This document shows positions 39,489 through 54,400 of a DNA stretch of 64,000 nt, piece by piece. How positions within the stretch are numbered: the stretch's first letter is position 1; each line of letters opens with the position of its first letter. The position numbers and the translations under genes are program-made. Under the pieces are notes generated by a model. It saw only the letters and a program-made list of their open reading frames with translations, was not told the origin of the DNA and did not search any database. The stretch spans positions 45,012,001-45,076,000 of the forward strand of contig NC_079164.1 in NCBI RefSeq assembly GCF_947568905.1. Reading direction: 5' to 3'. The stretch is from Ostrea edulis (taxonomy: Eukaryota).

Positions 39489-42400
39489 TTGAAAATGTGA
39501 AAAGTTTACAGACAGATGAACAGACAACAGGCGATCAGAAAAGCTCACTTAAGCATTCAACTTAGGTGAGCTAAAAACAAAATAAAACTAAACCTGAACT
39601 AATCAAGTGTTTTAATTATACAGTAATTATTAGTACTTGAAACTGTTTCTACAGTTACTTCAAATAATCACAAACAAAATGTTTACCATTATTCCAGCCA
39701 CTTGTAGCCGGACCATATGTTGCGTCAGAGAAATTACACTGATCTGTGTTGTACATAAAGTGGTCCAGTCCCAGATCCATGTACAGACTGTCTGCCTGAA
39801 CCTCTGTTATGGAAGCCACATCAGCAATGGACTGGGCACTCATCCAGTTGGTCAAAGAGAAGGCTGGAAAATTTTATTTCCATAAATTTTAATAACACAC
39901 TCAAATTTATCAATGGAAACATGCATAGAACAGTATCAAGCATTAAAAATAACACATTACTACAACAGCAAGTTAATGTGATTTATCACTTGAGTGATAC
40001 TGTGTTGTTTCATCACATGCAGATATGTACATGAATTGATAAATCCTCCTGTGTAGTTGCAGGTTTTCATGTTGAAGATAGTGTTGGAGAAGATATTGTA
40101 GGTCTGACTGCAGAGTGCAGTGTCGTAGCATGCTGAAACATCTAGAGTAAATCTGTACTGTTTGTTTTCTCCATCCGTGTTGATAGAAATGCTGGAAGTA
40201 GAATGTACAAAAGTCTAGTACCATTCTGCTTAAAACCAAGTTCTGCACTTTGTATCAGAGTATGCAAGAAACCAACCTTGTTTTGAACATCCCTTTCAAG
40301 CCTACTGTGTATGTTGTATCTGTGTTCATAAATATAGCAAAATATCAATGCACAATATATTTGTAAATGTTTATAACCAAATAATTCTCCAACAAAATAT
40401 TCAATGAAAAAGGAATTTTTTATCACCTCTAATTCAAAACCTACACAAGAGAGAGGAAAAATACAAACAAAAGATTTAAACAAATCTTTTAATCAATCAA
40501 ATTCATCAATTCCAAACAATTGAAAAACTGTCTCTTAGATGTTCAGATAATTCAAATTTAGATTGTTCTCCAATAGAATTTCAATTAATCCAAAAGTAAA
40601 AAAAAAATTAAGTGAAATTATTGTTATTGGAATCACCTGGGTGCCTGACGTTAAGAGTAAAAATTATTCAGAACAGCCTAATTCTCTAACAAAGTTTCAT
40701 TGAAATAGAGTAATTTTTTTCCATACCATTTAGAAAGAGATCTGTTATATACATTCTGACTGGTACTCTCTCTACAGTGATATCCATGTAGTTTGCACAC
40801 TCATTAAAATCTACCACTACTTCTAGAGGTCGCCCATTAAACCTGTCAATCTCCATACAACAAGTGACTCCAGTACAAGAGCTAGGATTGTAGCAGGTGA
40901 TGGCTTTACTGCTCAGATCCTGTAGTGTTGGGGCAGGTAAACACTCTGAAATAAAATAAAGAAACCTGTCTAAAGGACTCAAAAGGTTAATCGTATGTAT
41001 CCATTTCTCAGCTCAATCTGCTGATACTTCAAATACAATGACAATTTAACTGTAAAGGAGGGAAACAACTATAGTGTAATTATTGAACTCAACTTGTTAT
41101 AGTGGGTTACCTCTCATGCATTCTATTGCTGAATCATCTACACGCGCTTGAATCATATGGGGTTAATATTTTTTTGGTGGAAACAATCTGTCCCAGTGAG
41201 CTAAATATATGTGTACCCAGTATTTCAACTTTGACTACACCCTACACTCTTCACAGACCTGTTATCCATCCATTGACAACAGTGGACAAAGTATAGACAG
41301 TATCAGCTGTTCTGTTGCAGACATGTTGTTTCATCATGTTAGCTACCCCATGTTCTTCTGTCACTCTCTGTTGTAAGTGCCCAGGCAGTGGTGTCAGAGT
41401 TCCTGAGTAACCCTTCCCAGCAATCCAGTTGTTCACCGAAAAAGCTGTGCAAACACAATCAGTCAATCTATTTCTTGTCACCATACCAACAATTTTTTTG
41501 CTTACAATATGTACCAGGGTATATGATTTTGTTTATAATATGCACGTGAAAAATATCTGTACTATATACACTAAAACAATATTTAACTATTGCAATATGA
41601 GTAGAGCAATATTTCATAACTAACTCATTTCAGCAGATCTTTCACAGTCTCTCTTGGGTAGGACTGTGTTATTCAGGACTGATGCCACAATTGCACAGGT
41701 GGAAGCACTTTCAAAGCACACACTGATGTCCAAGTCCACAATGTACTGATTTTGTGCCTGTAGCTCATAGTAACTTACTCTGCAATTAAGAATAGTAAAA
41801 ATACTCTACACCATTCACAAAAGTTCATCTCCTTTCTCCAAATACCCCATAACAGGTGTTTTTAGAGACAAGCAAATCTAGTAATGTTTTTTTCCCCTTC
41901 TAAACCTGGTAATTCATTATTAGAGTATCAAAATTTTAGTGATTTCATCTGCTGATAAAAAAAAATATCACAAATAAAATGGTAATTTATTCAAGAAATG
42001 CATGTAAAGGAAACCATGAACTACCAAATTCTTCGGTTATGAATTTGCATCATCACCTCACTGTCACTCGGTTATTTATATACATGCATCAAAATTGCCA
42101 CTTCCTTTAAAACCATTGATAATCATTTCAGGTTTGCTTTTGAAATATAATTTCCCAAGCTACTTGGCCCCCAGTGGCTTCATACAACCCAGACTGAGAT
42201 TGATGTTACATATGCGGCATTCATCTTCATGAACCTGTCAGCTCATGTTTCAGAATCTTTCACACATTTATTAATGCAGAGATTCATCAGCTGTTTTGAG
42301 GATGAATGGTTACATGTTGCAGCAGGTATTTTTTTCAGGGGATCCAGAAAATTGTCTGTTATTTGACCACAAAAACAGTCAAATATGATAAAAGCTTTTT

Positions 42401-45400
42401 GGTTGATCTGGAAATCCACTTCGCCAAACATATTGTTTACATAAAGAACAATGACTTCATTTAGATAATCATTCATTGTTGATGCATTGGACAAATGGTT
42501 CTTGAAATGGGTAATGTGAAAATCAGCTGGGAATGTGAATTTGGGGGAATATATACTTCAAAGTTTTTCTGCCATATAACAGTTGAACTCACAAAAATTC
42601 ACAGGAGAAGAACCAAGCAAAGATAGCTAAAATTGTAATGAAATGCTGATAAACTTATTTTTTAGATTGTTTAAAGATATACTTTAATATAATTCCTGCA
42701 ATTATCCTCATACTGGAGCAACTTACTTTCATCGTAATACATGTATTTATATATTAGGATATCTTTTTTACCCATGATTTGATATCTGTTGTCTCCGCCT
42801 GCTGTATCAAAACATTGTCAAAGTGCTGACAATAAAAACAAAAAAGATGAACACAGAGTTTGCAACCAAAATGATTATTATTGTCTAATTAATTTGAGAA
42901 CAGTTCACCAAAGTAACCTAGCTGTTACAAGCCTGCCAAGAGGGATAATCAATTCTATTTGTTTTTTGAGCAACAATTTTTGGCAATCGCAATTGATTTA
43001 TTAGCATGAATTGTTTTTAGCAGTTTTGGAACCATTGCTAATTATGTCAAAATTAGATGACTACTAAAAAAATCTGCTATACGGTATTGTGATGAATTAT
43101 CAACAGTTCTTTAAAAAAATAAAATATTCCAAAGTATTTTATCAAACTCTGCAAATGCAAATAATACTCACTCAATACCAAGCATGCCTTTTAAGAAAAA
43201 CCTCTGAGTTGTTCCTACAATTGATATAAATTATGAAAATACATGACTGCATGATGTAAATTCAACCAATTTACTTTAGTTTATTTTAAACAATAATTTA
43301 TTCAATGCATGTATGACAATATGTAATTAGGGCTATTCCAGAAATAAATACATGGGGGGGTCGGGAGGCACCTTTTGTATATACCAAGCACCCATAAAAA
43401 AAATTAAAAAATTACCCCATGACCCATCAAATTAATAAACTCATTTTACAATGACCCATCTAATAAAAAAAAAAACTAACCAGACCCACCACAAAAATAT
43501 TTTTAAAAATGAAAACGGTACAAATCTCGCGAGGTTTTCGGGACAAACATTCTAGTCAATGACGCGGTAATGCATGTGCGACATTGTATCACAGTTGTTC
43601 TGAAGAAACGATGTCACATCAACAATCAAAGGCATCTATGGCGGGAATGTTGGAAAGATTGGGAGTCCAAACGATGCTATTATCATGAAATGGATATGTT
43701 TTTCCACGAATCATTCGTCTTCTAATGGAACCCGCGCCCGGAGGCCTCTATATCACCATCACACCGACTGATAAATATAACGCATCGGTACCCTCGTATA
43801 AATCAACTAAGGTTTGCCTATTTTTATTAGAAAACGGAATACCTATTGGTTTCAAAATATTCCCAAAATCGATGCACTGTAAACTGTAATAAACTACAGA
43901 ACAGAGTTTGCCGCCATCACGTCCAAAGGGACCCTATTAAACGCGCCTCTAATTTGAAGAGTGCCGTAATGGAAAGTTATGCGCTGCAAAGAGCAACAAC
44001 TCGAATAGTTCTATGTTACTTTCGATTTCGAAAGCACGTTTTCAATTTTCCCTCCGACGTTTTGTAACCAACACGACAAGAGCGACAATAAAAATATTCT
44101 GAAAACTCAACACCCACGTAGCACAAAATAAAACAATAGAAACTACCCACTACCCATAATAAATATTTTATTAACAATCCCACCACGGACCAATTAAAAT
44201 ATGAAAAAATACGACCACCCACACAAAAAAATATCATTTGCCGCCCGACCCCCCATTTGATCATTTCTGGAACAGCCCTTACAAAATACAAGTCACGACA
44301 GAGATTGGAAAGCAAGCCAAACAATGACTTATGTCAATCCGCTCTCAGTTTACTACCAAACAGGATTTAAACCTACCATGCACATAGTTGTATAGATCCA
44401 CACTGATTCTCAGCTTTTCCAGGTAGATGGTCATCAAGAAAGTACAGGGATCCAGACTGACTTTGACATTGAGGGAGTGGCTGAGCAGTGATGGGGACAG
44501 ACAGCACTCTACACCTGTACAGGTGTCATCCAGGTGACACACCACTGGCTTGAAGCTGATGTCAGGTAAAGATACAGAAGAGGCACATGCTGCAAGTAAA
44601 ATAAACTCTAAGTGCATCTAACTGGTAATACATTGACAATAAAGGGTTCCTCTAAGGTACATGATATGCCCATCTGGAACCAAATGTACATGATGTATAT
44701 CGTATTTCTAAATATTTCAAGACACAAGCTGTGACACTGTCAATTACAATTCCAAAAAGAGCACAGTCACCTACTTTAGGGTCATGACACACCTTTTCCC
44801 AAAAACTAATCAACTAAACAAGTTTGATGGTACTAGGCCTCACAACGTGAAATTTTTTTGTTTTGCTATAAAATTCCAAAATGAGCCACATTGATCTACT
44901 TTTAGTTTGAAACACATCCCCTCCTTCCCTTAAGATGCATCAACTGACCAAGTTTGATAGTCCTAGGCCTCATAGTATGAAAGATATCATTCAGACATCA
45001 AAAAACTATGACGGACAGACAAGAAGGCCCTTTATTAGACAGGACATAAAACCCTATATTATTCGCATGTAAAACTTTGATCCCTATTGTGGGTCGCAAC
45101 CTACTCTCAGGGGGCCATGATTTTTACAAACTTGAATCTGTGAACTTCTTTGGCCCAATGGTTCTTGAGAAGATTTTTTCCTATTTATTAGTATGTAAAA
45201 CTTTGATCCCCTGTTGTGGCCTCATTCTAGCCTCAGGGGTCATGAGTTTAACAAACTTGAATCTGCACTATGTCAGGAAGCTTTCATGTAAATCTCAGCT
45301 TTTCTGGCCTAGTGGTTCTTGAGAAAAAGATTTTTTTCTATTTATTAGTATGTAAAACTTTGATCCTCTATTGTCACCCCATCTTACCCCCAGGGGCCAT

Positions 45401-48400
45401 GATTTTGACAAACTTGAATCTACGCTGTGTCAGAAAGCTTTCATGTAAATTTCTGCTTTCTAGGCCCAGTAGTTCTTGAGAAGATCTTTAAAGATTTCCC
45501 CTTTATATTTGTATGGAAAACTTTGATCCCCTATTGTGGCCATCCTACCTCCAGGTGCCATGATTTTAACAAACTTGAACTGCACTATGTCAGGAAGCTT
45601 TAATGTAAATGTAAACTTTTCTGGCCCAGTGATTCTTCAGAAGATGTTTCCTTATATATTTGTATGTAAAACTTTGATCCCCTATTGTGGCCCCTACCCC
45701 CAAGGGCCATGATTTTAACAAACTTGAATCTGCACTATGCCAGGAAGCTTTCATGTAAATTTCAGCGCTTCTGGCCCTGTGGTTCTTGAGAAGAAGATTT
45801 TTAATTGATCCCACCCTATTTTTGCATTTTTGTGATTATCTTCCCTTTGATGGGGGCATGGCCCTTCATTTGAATAGACTTGAAATCCCTTCACCCAAGG
45901 ATGCTTTTGGCCACGTTTGGTTATAATTGGCCCAGTGGTTCTGGAGAAGAAGTCGAAAATGTAAACAGTTTACAGACAGACAGACAGACGACGGACAACA
46001 GGCGATCAGTAAAGCTCACTTCAGCTTTCAGCTAAGGTGAGCTAAAACTCATGAATCTCAGTTATTACCTTTCGTCCATCCCATGGTTGGTGAGGCATAG
46101 ATGCCCGAATTTGAAAGACAAGCCGTGGTCAACAAGTATTTTGAGGTTCCCATTTCAGTCATTAATTCTGAAGTGCGAGCAGCATTTAGAGGAGATGTGT
46201 AACTGTTACTTGTCATCCAAGTTGAGGCAGAAAATCCACCTACAATGTACGAGAGGAGATTTATATGTGACTTGTAAATTATGACCTCGCATGAAAAGCA
46301 TTCCACAAAATCAATCAAAATCATCAGAAACCACATAGGTATTGTTTTAGCATTTTGAACTCTCAATGTAACAAAGTTGATTAGACGTACAAGGGTCAAG
46401 CATCTCACCTTGAATATCAGTATTCCAGTCACATGATTCTTTGGGGAAAACTGTGTTATCAAGAATTGTCTCTTCGTGACATGTGCTACTCTCGAAACAG
46501 GTACTGATTGTAAAGACAGCCACATGTACATGCTGAGATGGCACATCAATCAGTCTGGCTCTGTGATCAAATACAGGAATGCACATTTAGTGTACTCATT
46601 GTTTATATTCATTATCTGACCCAACAGGTTTGACAATAACCATACGGTCATACTGCCAATGTTAATATGTAGTGAATATCTAGTGCACTGGTTCCAACAA
46701 TGTTATTGAAATACAGAATATCGATGTACAGTCAAAACTGCCATAGTGACCCACTGTATTAAGCGACTCACTGTCATATTTGACCATAAAAAGTCCCCCC
46801 CCCTCCCCCAAGACATTATCCTATATATTGTGCCTGTATTAAACGACCATCTGTCTGACGCGACCAACGACCATGATTTTTACAACCCTTTCGTGTAATT
46901 TCACGTAATTTTACCTTCATTTAACGACTGTACATTTTTCAATTACAATGCGATTCCTACTTTTGATGTCAGTTCAGCATGACTATTCTGGGAATTATTG
47001 CCCCTAATACTTTTGTTTTAAAATGCACAGGTAGTACTTCGGCGGCGATATTATTTAGTCGACCCTCTGAATCAACAAGAGGTACTGTGAGCAATGCTCA
47101 CTAAGAATACCCCCCGCTTACCCCAATCTCCCAAAGAGTGTTTGTAATAGGTATAAACTACCTCTTTTCTGAGTGTAAAAAACAAATGGCATGACAAACC
47201 GAACCATATTGCTACTTCGATGTCCGGTGCACGTGACCTTTGACCTTTTGACCCCAAAATCGATAGGGAACATCTTCATCCCATGGGTACTCCATATGTA
47301 TGATATGGTGACTGTAGGTGGAAAGGATAACGCTTTAGAGCCCGGAAACCATTGTGTCTACAGACGGACGGACGGACGGACAGACAGACGGACAACCCGA
47401 TTCCAGTATACCCCCCCACAACTTGTTGCGGGGGGTATAATTATTATATCCAAGCTGTCAACATGCAGGGTTGTGTGTGGTTAATTAATAAAACCCAAGT
47501 TGTTGTTTATTTAACAAAATCAAGGATCGGGGAATCAAGGCCGGTGTGTTTGAAGGTGTAAATTTCAACAAACTTTAGGAAGTGCGGGGTAGATTGGAAA
47601 TGAAAATCTACCAGTGCGGGGTAGATCGGAAAAGAAAATCTACCACTTGTTATACCATTATGCTCAACAGGGTGAAAAATTGGCCTGATTGCGATATAAA
47701 TCAGGTAAATATTGTGCTTAAATCTGAAGTTTTAAATGGAGTATTCGCGATTTTCCTGCATGGGATATCTGAGGTTTCCAGAATCATGACCGGAACTAGC
47801 GGCTCACTTCGACATTATGATACAACTCATTGTATTCTAGATTTTTAACAATCTGACTAAAGTACAGACCTATATTATATATAATATAGGTCTGTATATT
47901 ATATATAATATAGGTCTGTACTCTAGTCAGATTGGATTTTTAACTAAGCTTAGTATATTATCAATTTTATTTTACAACTATTAAAACCATACTTGATATT
48001 CTTAATGATAAATTCCAAATACATGCAGTTATTTTCTCCTTGTACAAACCTATTTCTGTATATTATATGTGAAATTTTATGCATTTACTGCGGAAAATAG
48101 GCAACCTGTATTAAGAGACCACCTGTCATATGCGACCTCTTTTCCGTTCTCCGTTGGACGGTCGCTTAATACAGGTTTGACTGTACTTTACTACCAGTAA
48201 TCGGGTTTGTTCTTAGTAAAATATTTGCAATAAAAATGCTCTATGTTGACTTTAATTGACATGTTAAAATGATGAATTAAATATATCTTCACTAATAGCT
48301 ATGATTGCAGTGGTAAGAACTCAGGATTGTTATTTTACTACTTTTAAAAATGATCACTTGTGGTGATTTGTTACTGATCAAACCAACATAAACACATTAA

Positions 48401-51400
48401 AAAGATGTCACAATTTGCAAGTTGTGCAGCAAGAAAAAATATTCTGGTTGTATTATGCAGTCAGACATAGAAATAAGATTTAAAATTTACTAAAAAAAAC
48501 CCACCTACTTCCTACGTGAGTATATACGGTACATGAACTTACTTCCATTTGATCACTCCATGTAGACTAAATTCTTTATCCGTATCTGAAGATTTAAGCA
48601 GAAAATGAATTATATGTATGTCTAATGTACTGCTCTCCATAGGGAATATTTGCTAAAGGAATGCAGCTTTAACAAATTTTGCCCATCTTGATAAAGAAAA
48701 CATTTAAAGGGAAATACAGTTGCAAATGATTATATTTTAAAAGATTTTTTGGCTTTCAAACCAACATGGTCAATATATCTACATGGTGTTAAATAACTTA
48801 TGCAACATAAACTACTCGATTTTATCTATGAAGATTAATAGGTAAAACTTTAAGTTCATTCTTGACTAATTTGAATCTCTGACATATTTGAATTATAATG
48901 TATTCATTGTGCACACATACTTCACATGTGGTCAGAAAGAAAACAATGGCGTTGGTAAGTTTTGATATCAAGTTCATCTTTCGTATATAGGAATATGAAT
49001 CTATGAAACTAAACTCATTGTGCTATATTAATCATGTGTTACAATGTAAACATTAACACATGTGTACATATGTAGATGTGCAGAGATCCAAAAATAGGTG
49101 GTAAAATAGCGAATAGTATGCTAATAAGACAGTCACATGGTCAGTACTTGACTTGTTTTGGAAAGAAGTATGTCAAAAAACACAAATCATATTTTGAAAC
49201 TATTTTAATTTATATCTCTACAACCGTAGTTTTTGTATGCACATTTGTAAAATAGAGCTTAATCATAGAATACCATAGCATTGATACCTCTATTAAAACC
49301 TAACATTAAAGATTGAGCATTTGTATACATGTATTACACTTTGGCAGTTTGTTACTCACCCCAAGTGTAGTTCATTAGGTCTGTGGAAACTTGAAGATTA
49401 TCAATGGCTCCGTTCATGGTATGGTTACAAACACTGATCTCCATGTCCACCCTGGCATGTCTCTTAACTTCAGCCATGTACACACAACAGGACACGTAAT
49501 CACAGCTTGATTTCAGGTGGCACCTTACCTTGTTCTTGTCAGTAATGTTACCCAGTGTAGATGATGGTATTGAGGGACAATCTAATTGCAAAATTCCACT
49601 TTTGTTAGAAAGAAATAACACAGAAAACCTTCAAACCCTTTCTTGAGAAATGATTTAGTGCACTATAAAATGAAACATTCTGCTTACACTTCTTAACTAA
49701 CAAATCTCAATATTTGTGCAGTTTCAGAAACTTGCATTACTTTAATCCAAAAAATGTTCTCTTCATAATTTACCGCTTATCCATCCTCCTGTTGCGGGTC
49801 CATATGTTGTATCAGAGAGAGTACACTGATCTGTGTTGTACATAAAGTGGTCCAGTCCCAGCTCCATGTACAGACTGTCTGCCTGAGCCTCTGTTATAGA
49901 AGCCACATCAGCAATGGACCGGGCACTCATCCAGTTGGTCAAAGAGAAAGCTAGAAAGACAAAAAAATACATGCATAAAAAAAATGAAGTATATATGACT
50001 ATTAATCAAATTTTCTACACAATGATGGATGTATGTTTCAGATTAACAACTATATCATAGCCACTGTATATTCCAGTCTACAACCTTGGGCTGCCCATTG
50101 TGGTTCACACAGACTCGGGCTTAATACATTACCTGGGTCCAGAAATCCATCATTGTAAGTGCAGCTTTTCATTGAAAATTCTGTGTCCGTAAATATGGTG
50201 AAGCTCTCAGCACAAGCAGCACCATCTTCATAACACACATGGGCAGACATGTCTACTTTATATTTGTTATTGGCTGTGTCCTCTGTGATTTTGTACCTAA
50301 AATTATACAGGTACCTCAGCATTATCTTTAAGATTCTCTTTTTTTCATATGCAAACCATGCAAAGCATGAATTAAAGTAATTCATCAGATAATCTTTTTT
50401 ACCCACAATTTTCTTAAATAAATCAATTGAAAAAAAGTCCTCACCTCAATTCAAACATGCCCTTTAGAGACATTTTCTGTTCTGTACCTATAATACATAC
50501 TTTAAGATTATTTAAAGATAAATATTTTCAATATTCATGTAAATGAGAGATACAATAATATTGTTTTAATTGGTATATGATCATAGTTATTCTGTTATTC
50601 TTGAGTCAAACAAGAAAAAATCTGGGTTTGAACCTGCATTACTGCACTTCATCACACAACAGTGTCTAGACTTTATTTGTCATTCAGTTTGTCAGAAATA
50701 GAAACATATCTTCAAAATATATCTGCATTCAATTGTACAATCAACTAGTAAGTAATAAAGAACAAGATTTTTAGTCTGACAACACAAACTTTGTACAATT
50801 CCTGGTATGCCCATGATAAAAATGTATATGTTTCAAATTTAGCAAGTCGAGGAAAATATCAATATCTTATCCCTTATATTTTGTGATACTTTACTTTTGA
50901 GATCTTGCTTTGTCAGATTTATCAGCAAGACATTATTTAAAAATTTGCAAATATACAATATCTTTCATCACTAACTATATATATATGATTATAAAATGTT
51001 TTTTAACAAAAACTCTCTTTTCACATTTATAAAGATTTGTGCGAAAATAAATGATTTACAGTACAAGTTTCACTAGCATCATAATATCTCTCTTCTTCTT
51101 GCATCTTATCATACATTAGTCATGACATTAATATCAACTCATCTTCACTCATACTACAGTTATGTCCATCAGATGGGACGTTAAAGGGTGTCCCGTGTCA
51201 AGGATCACACCTCCCTTGACATGCAAAAGATCATTTCCCTCATTTTCAAAAAAGAGTACACTCACTGGGTGCCGTCAGGGAAACTAAAACACTCACAACC
51301 AAACATATTTCAATTAGTTAACCACCGTAAAATGCCTGAAATATTGCCAAAACGACATAAAACTGCAATCAATCATACTACAGTTGTCTGGATTCAAACA

Positions 51401-54400
51401 TAACAATGTTAAACATCAATCTTGATGTAGTACTATTGCATAAATACTGCAATACTATTGTACAATAATAGTCATGCTTGTTACTCTCTGAATGTAAACT
51501 TGGAAGTCCTTACATTCATTTACATTTCCTTGTTACTGTAGCCCTCTTCATTAAAGTGGAATTTTATTGCATTTCAACAACATAATCATAAAGACGACTC
51601 TAATGGAAATTTTTAAATGTTTGTGCATAAAACATGACAAGATATCATGATAGATACAGCAAGTCACCAGAGTAACTCTTGTGACCTATAGATAAATATC
51701 TTAAAACTACGGGAAATGAAAATCACTTCACTGTAAGCATAAATTCATGATAAGCGGCATTTGCTCTATCCGTGTTTTACTGTATAAGTAAATTTGAGGT
51801 TTGGCGTTCACTCTATCCGTGTTTTACCTATAGTAAATTTGAGGTTTGGCGTTCACTCTATCTGTGTTTTACTGTATAGTAAATTTGAGGTTTGGCGTTC
51901 ACTCTATCTGTGTTTTACTGTATAGTAAATTTGAGGTTTGGCATTTGCTCTATCGGTGTTTTACCGTATAGTAAATTTGAGGTTTGATATATAAGGTAAT
52001 GAAATTTATCTGTAAAATATGAAATTCAAAATCTTAAATTAAAAGGAAAAAAAGAACAAAACAAAAACGAAACAAAACCCCCAAAAACAACAACAACAAA
52101 AACAGAATGCAAGTACAACATACCAAATGTAAAGTTGTGTAGGTAATGATTGACCGTTATTTTTTCTACAGTGATGTCCAGGTAATTCCGACACTGGCTG
52201 AAGACAAGAGATACTTCCACAGATTGACCAGACAGTCGAGAAACATCCAGGCAACATTTGGCTGCAGAGCAGATGGAAGGATTGTAGCATGTTATGGCTT
52301 CTCCTGTCAGGTTCCTTAGAGAGGGAGGACTGGTGCAATCTGATATAGTCAGAAATACACAAGCATTGTATTAAGTATGACACAGCACCAAAAAGACTAT
52401 ATCACTATATAAATGTGACAAAGCTTTATCTGTAGTAAAGAAACCATCCATACAAAATCATTCAAAATACCCAATCACTGAGATAAAAAAAATATTGCAG
52501 TACTACAGTAATAGCAACAAGATGTGTTTATGAAATAATATGCTTCCAAACATGGTCAAGTTCAAATTCAGCAAAATCTGACCTTTGACTCTGACCTCTC
52601 ACATAGTTTTACCTTGACCTATCAATTCACAAAGCATGATAGTAGAGATGTTCATATTTTAGATAAATCATATAATTATAGGTAAATTAATTTCAAATGT
52701 GTTCTGATAGATTATATAATCTTGATAATAAAAAAATCACAATTTAATGTATGCTCTATTCCCTTGCTCAAAATATTTAAGAAAAATTGAATTTCATGAG
52801 ATTTTGCTAGGGGTACAAGTTTTTAAAAAAATAAGATTATGATAAACAACTGTTTTCATAAAGAGAATCTTGACATATTATCTATTAATTTATATGCCAA
52901 AAACATGTATTTCCATATTGTTCAATGTTAAGGTAGCTCACTATACCTTGAAATTTATTTTGATAATTTATATGAACAAAAGGCTCCGGCAGATTTAACT
53001 CAGGATCTGCAAGTCAGTAACTGGATACTTTATTAATGCACTGAGCTACGACAATAGACAAACAAACCGATCAACATATTATTAAATAATTTCCCAAAAC
53101 GTTTAAATCACCAATATGATGTAGTGTCAGACAGAGTATATTAGTCCTGGTGTTATGAGCCACCCTTAATTAATTAGTAATATTTTTAAAGTACGCACAT
53201 ATATCATAAAATTATATGTCTATTGCTTATTTTTCAGATATTTTCCCAATGCATCATTTTCTATGTTGATATCCGTTAATGTAAAACCAGGTATTTCAGA
53301 TCCAATTTTCCTTTGATGAAATTTTTTTGGGGCTATTTATGTATCTTTGATGCTAGTAAACAGACCTAAACCTCCAATCTTTGATTTAAGAAGAGTAAAA
53401 AGTACTATATCATACTAGAATTCCAGCCATCAAATCCAGCTGCTGAGTAAATTGGGTCTGTTGTTCTACTACAGGAAGGTGACTGCATCATGTTTTCAAT
53501 CTCATGATCTTTTAGGAGCTCTGACTTTTGGAAAGTTGATAGCGGATCAAGAGCAGCATTCAGACCTTGGTTTGTCAACCAGGTGGATAATCCAAATCCT
53601 TCAAAAATTACAAAAATTGGCAATTTAACACTTGATTAATGAAACATTTATATTTGGAAAATGTTCTACCCAAATTAGTACAATTTAGTGAAATGTGACA
53701 AAATGACAGAGAAAAACATTACCTTGGAGTCCAGTAGTCCAGTCACATACAGATTGTGTGATCTTTGTGTCCACTAGAACATTCTCACTTATAGTGCATG
53801 TGGCCGCTTCATAGCAGACTTGAATCTGTAGGTCTGCTACATACTTTCTCTGAACTACCAAATCCTCAAGATTCATCCTAGAAGCACACATTTATCAATT
53901 CATCACAACTATACAGATATGTTACGGATCATCATCAATTGTTGTCAATAATACATATGTAGTATGTAAAATGTCCACAGATTTCAGTATCAATATTTTA
54001 CAACTGTTACAGATTTTAGACTTACTTCCATCTTACAACTCCATTCAAATTAAACTCTTTGGATGACCCTAAAAAATAAAATAAAAATCTTTATGCAGCT
54101 TCAATGGCCATAAGCGCCGAGCATATTAGGCCTAAATTTTGTAGCCCTTCACCGGCAGTGGTGACGTCTCCACATGAGTGAAATATTCTCTCGAGGGACA
54201 TAAAACAATATTCAATCAATCAACCAATCTAGTCAAATTCTTTAAAACAATTTACATCCTTTATCCATGAACTTTTGCAAGTGGAATATTCCACTGGTTT
54301 CTTCAAAACAGCAGTTTACAACTTTTGATGGTTTCTATACCTAGAGCCACCTGTTAGTCAAAGAAAACAGTAACAAATTTCACGTTGACAGTACAGTAGA

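Larger units (their letters stand above)
46729..48183. mobile_element. Tc1/mariner-like non-autonomous element, TA target duplication (duplicate starts at 63486)
   Basis: TA|CAGTCAAAACTG ... CAGGTTTGACTG|TA; subterminal ctgtattaag(c/a)gacc motifs at both ends. Confidence 0.75.
32092..49805. repeat. Tandem segmental duplication, copy 1 (~17.7 kb)
   Basis: Paired ORFs in the track sit at offset ~17,700-17,714, dropping to ~16,750 after the Harbinger MITE that only copy 1 carries. Confidence 0.92.
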
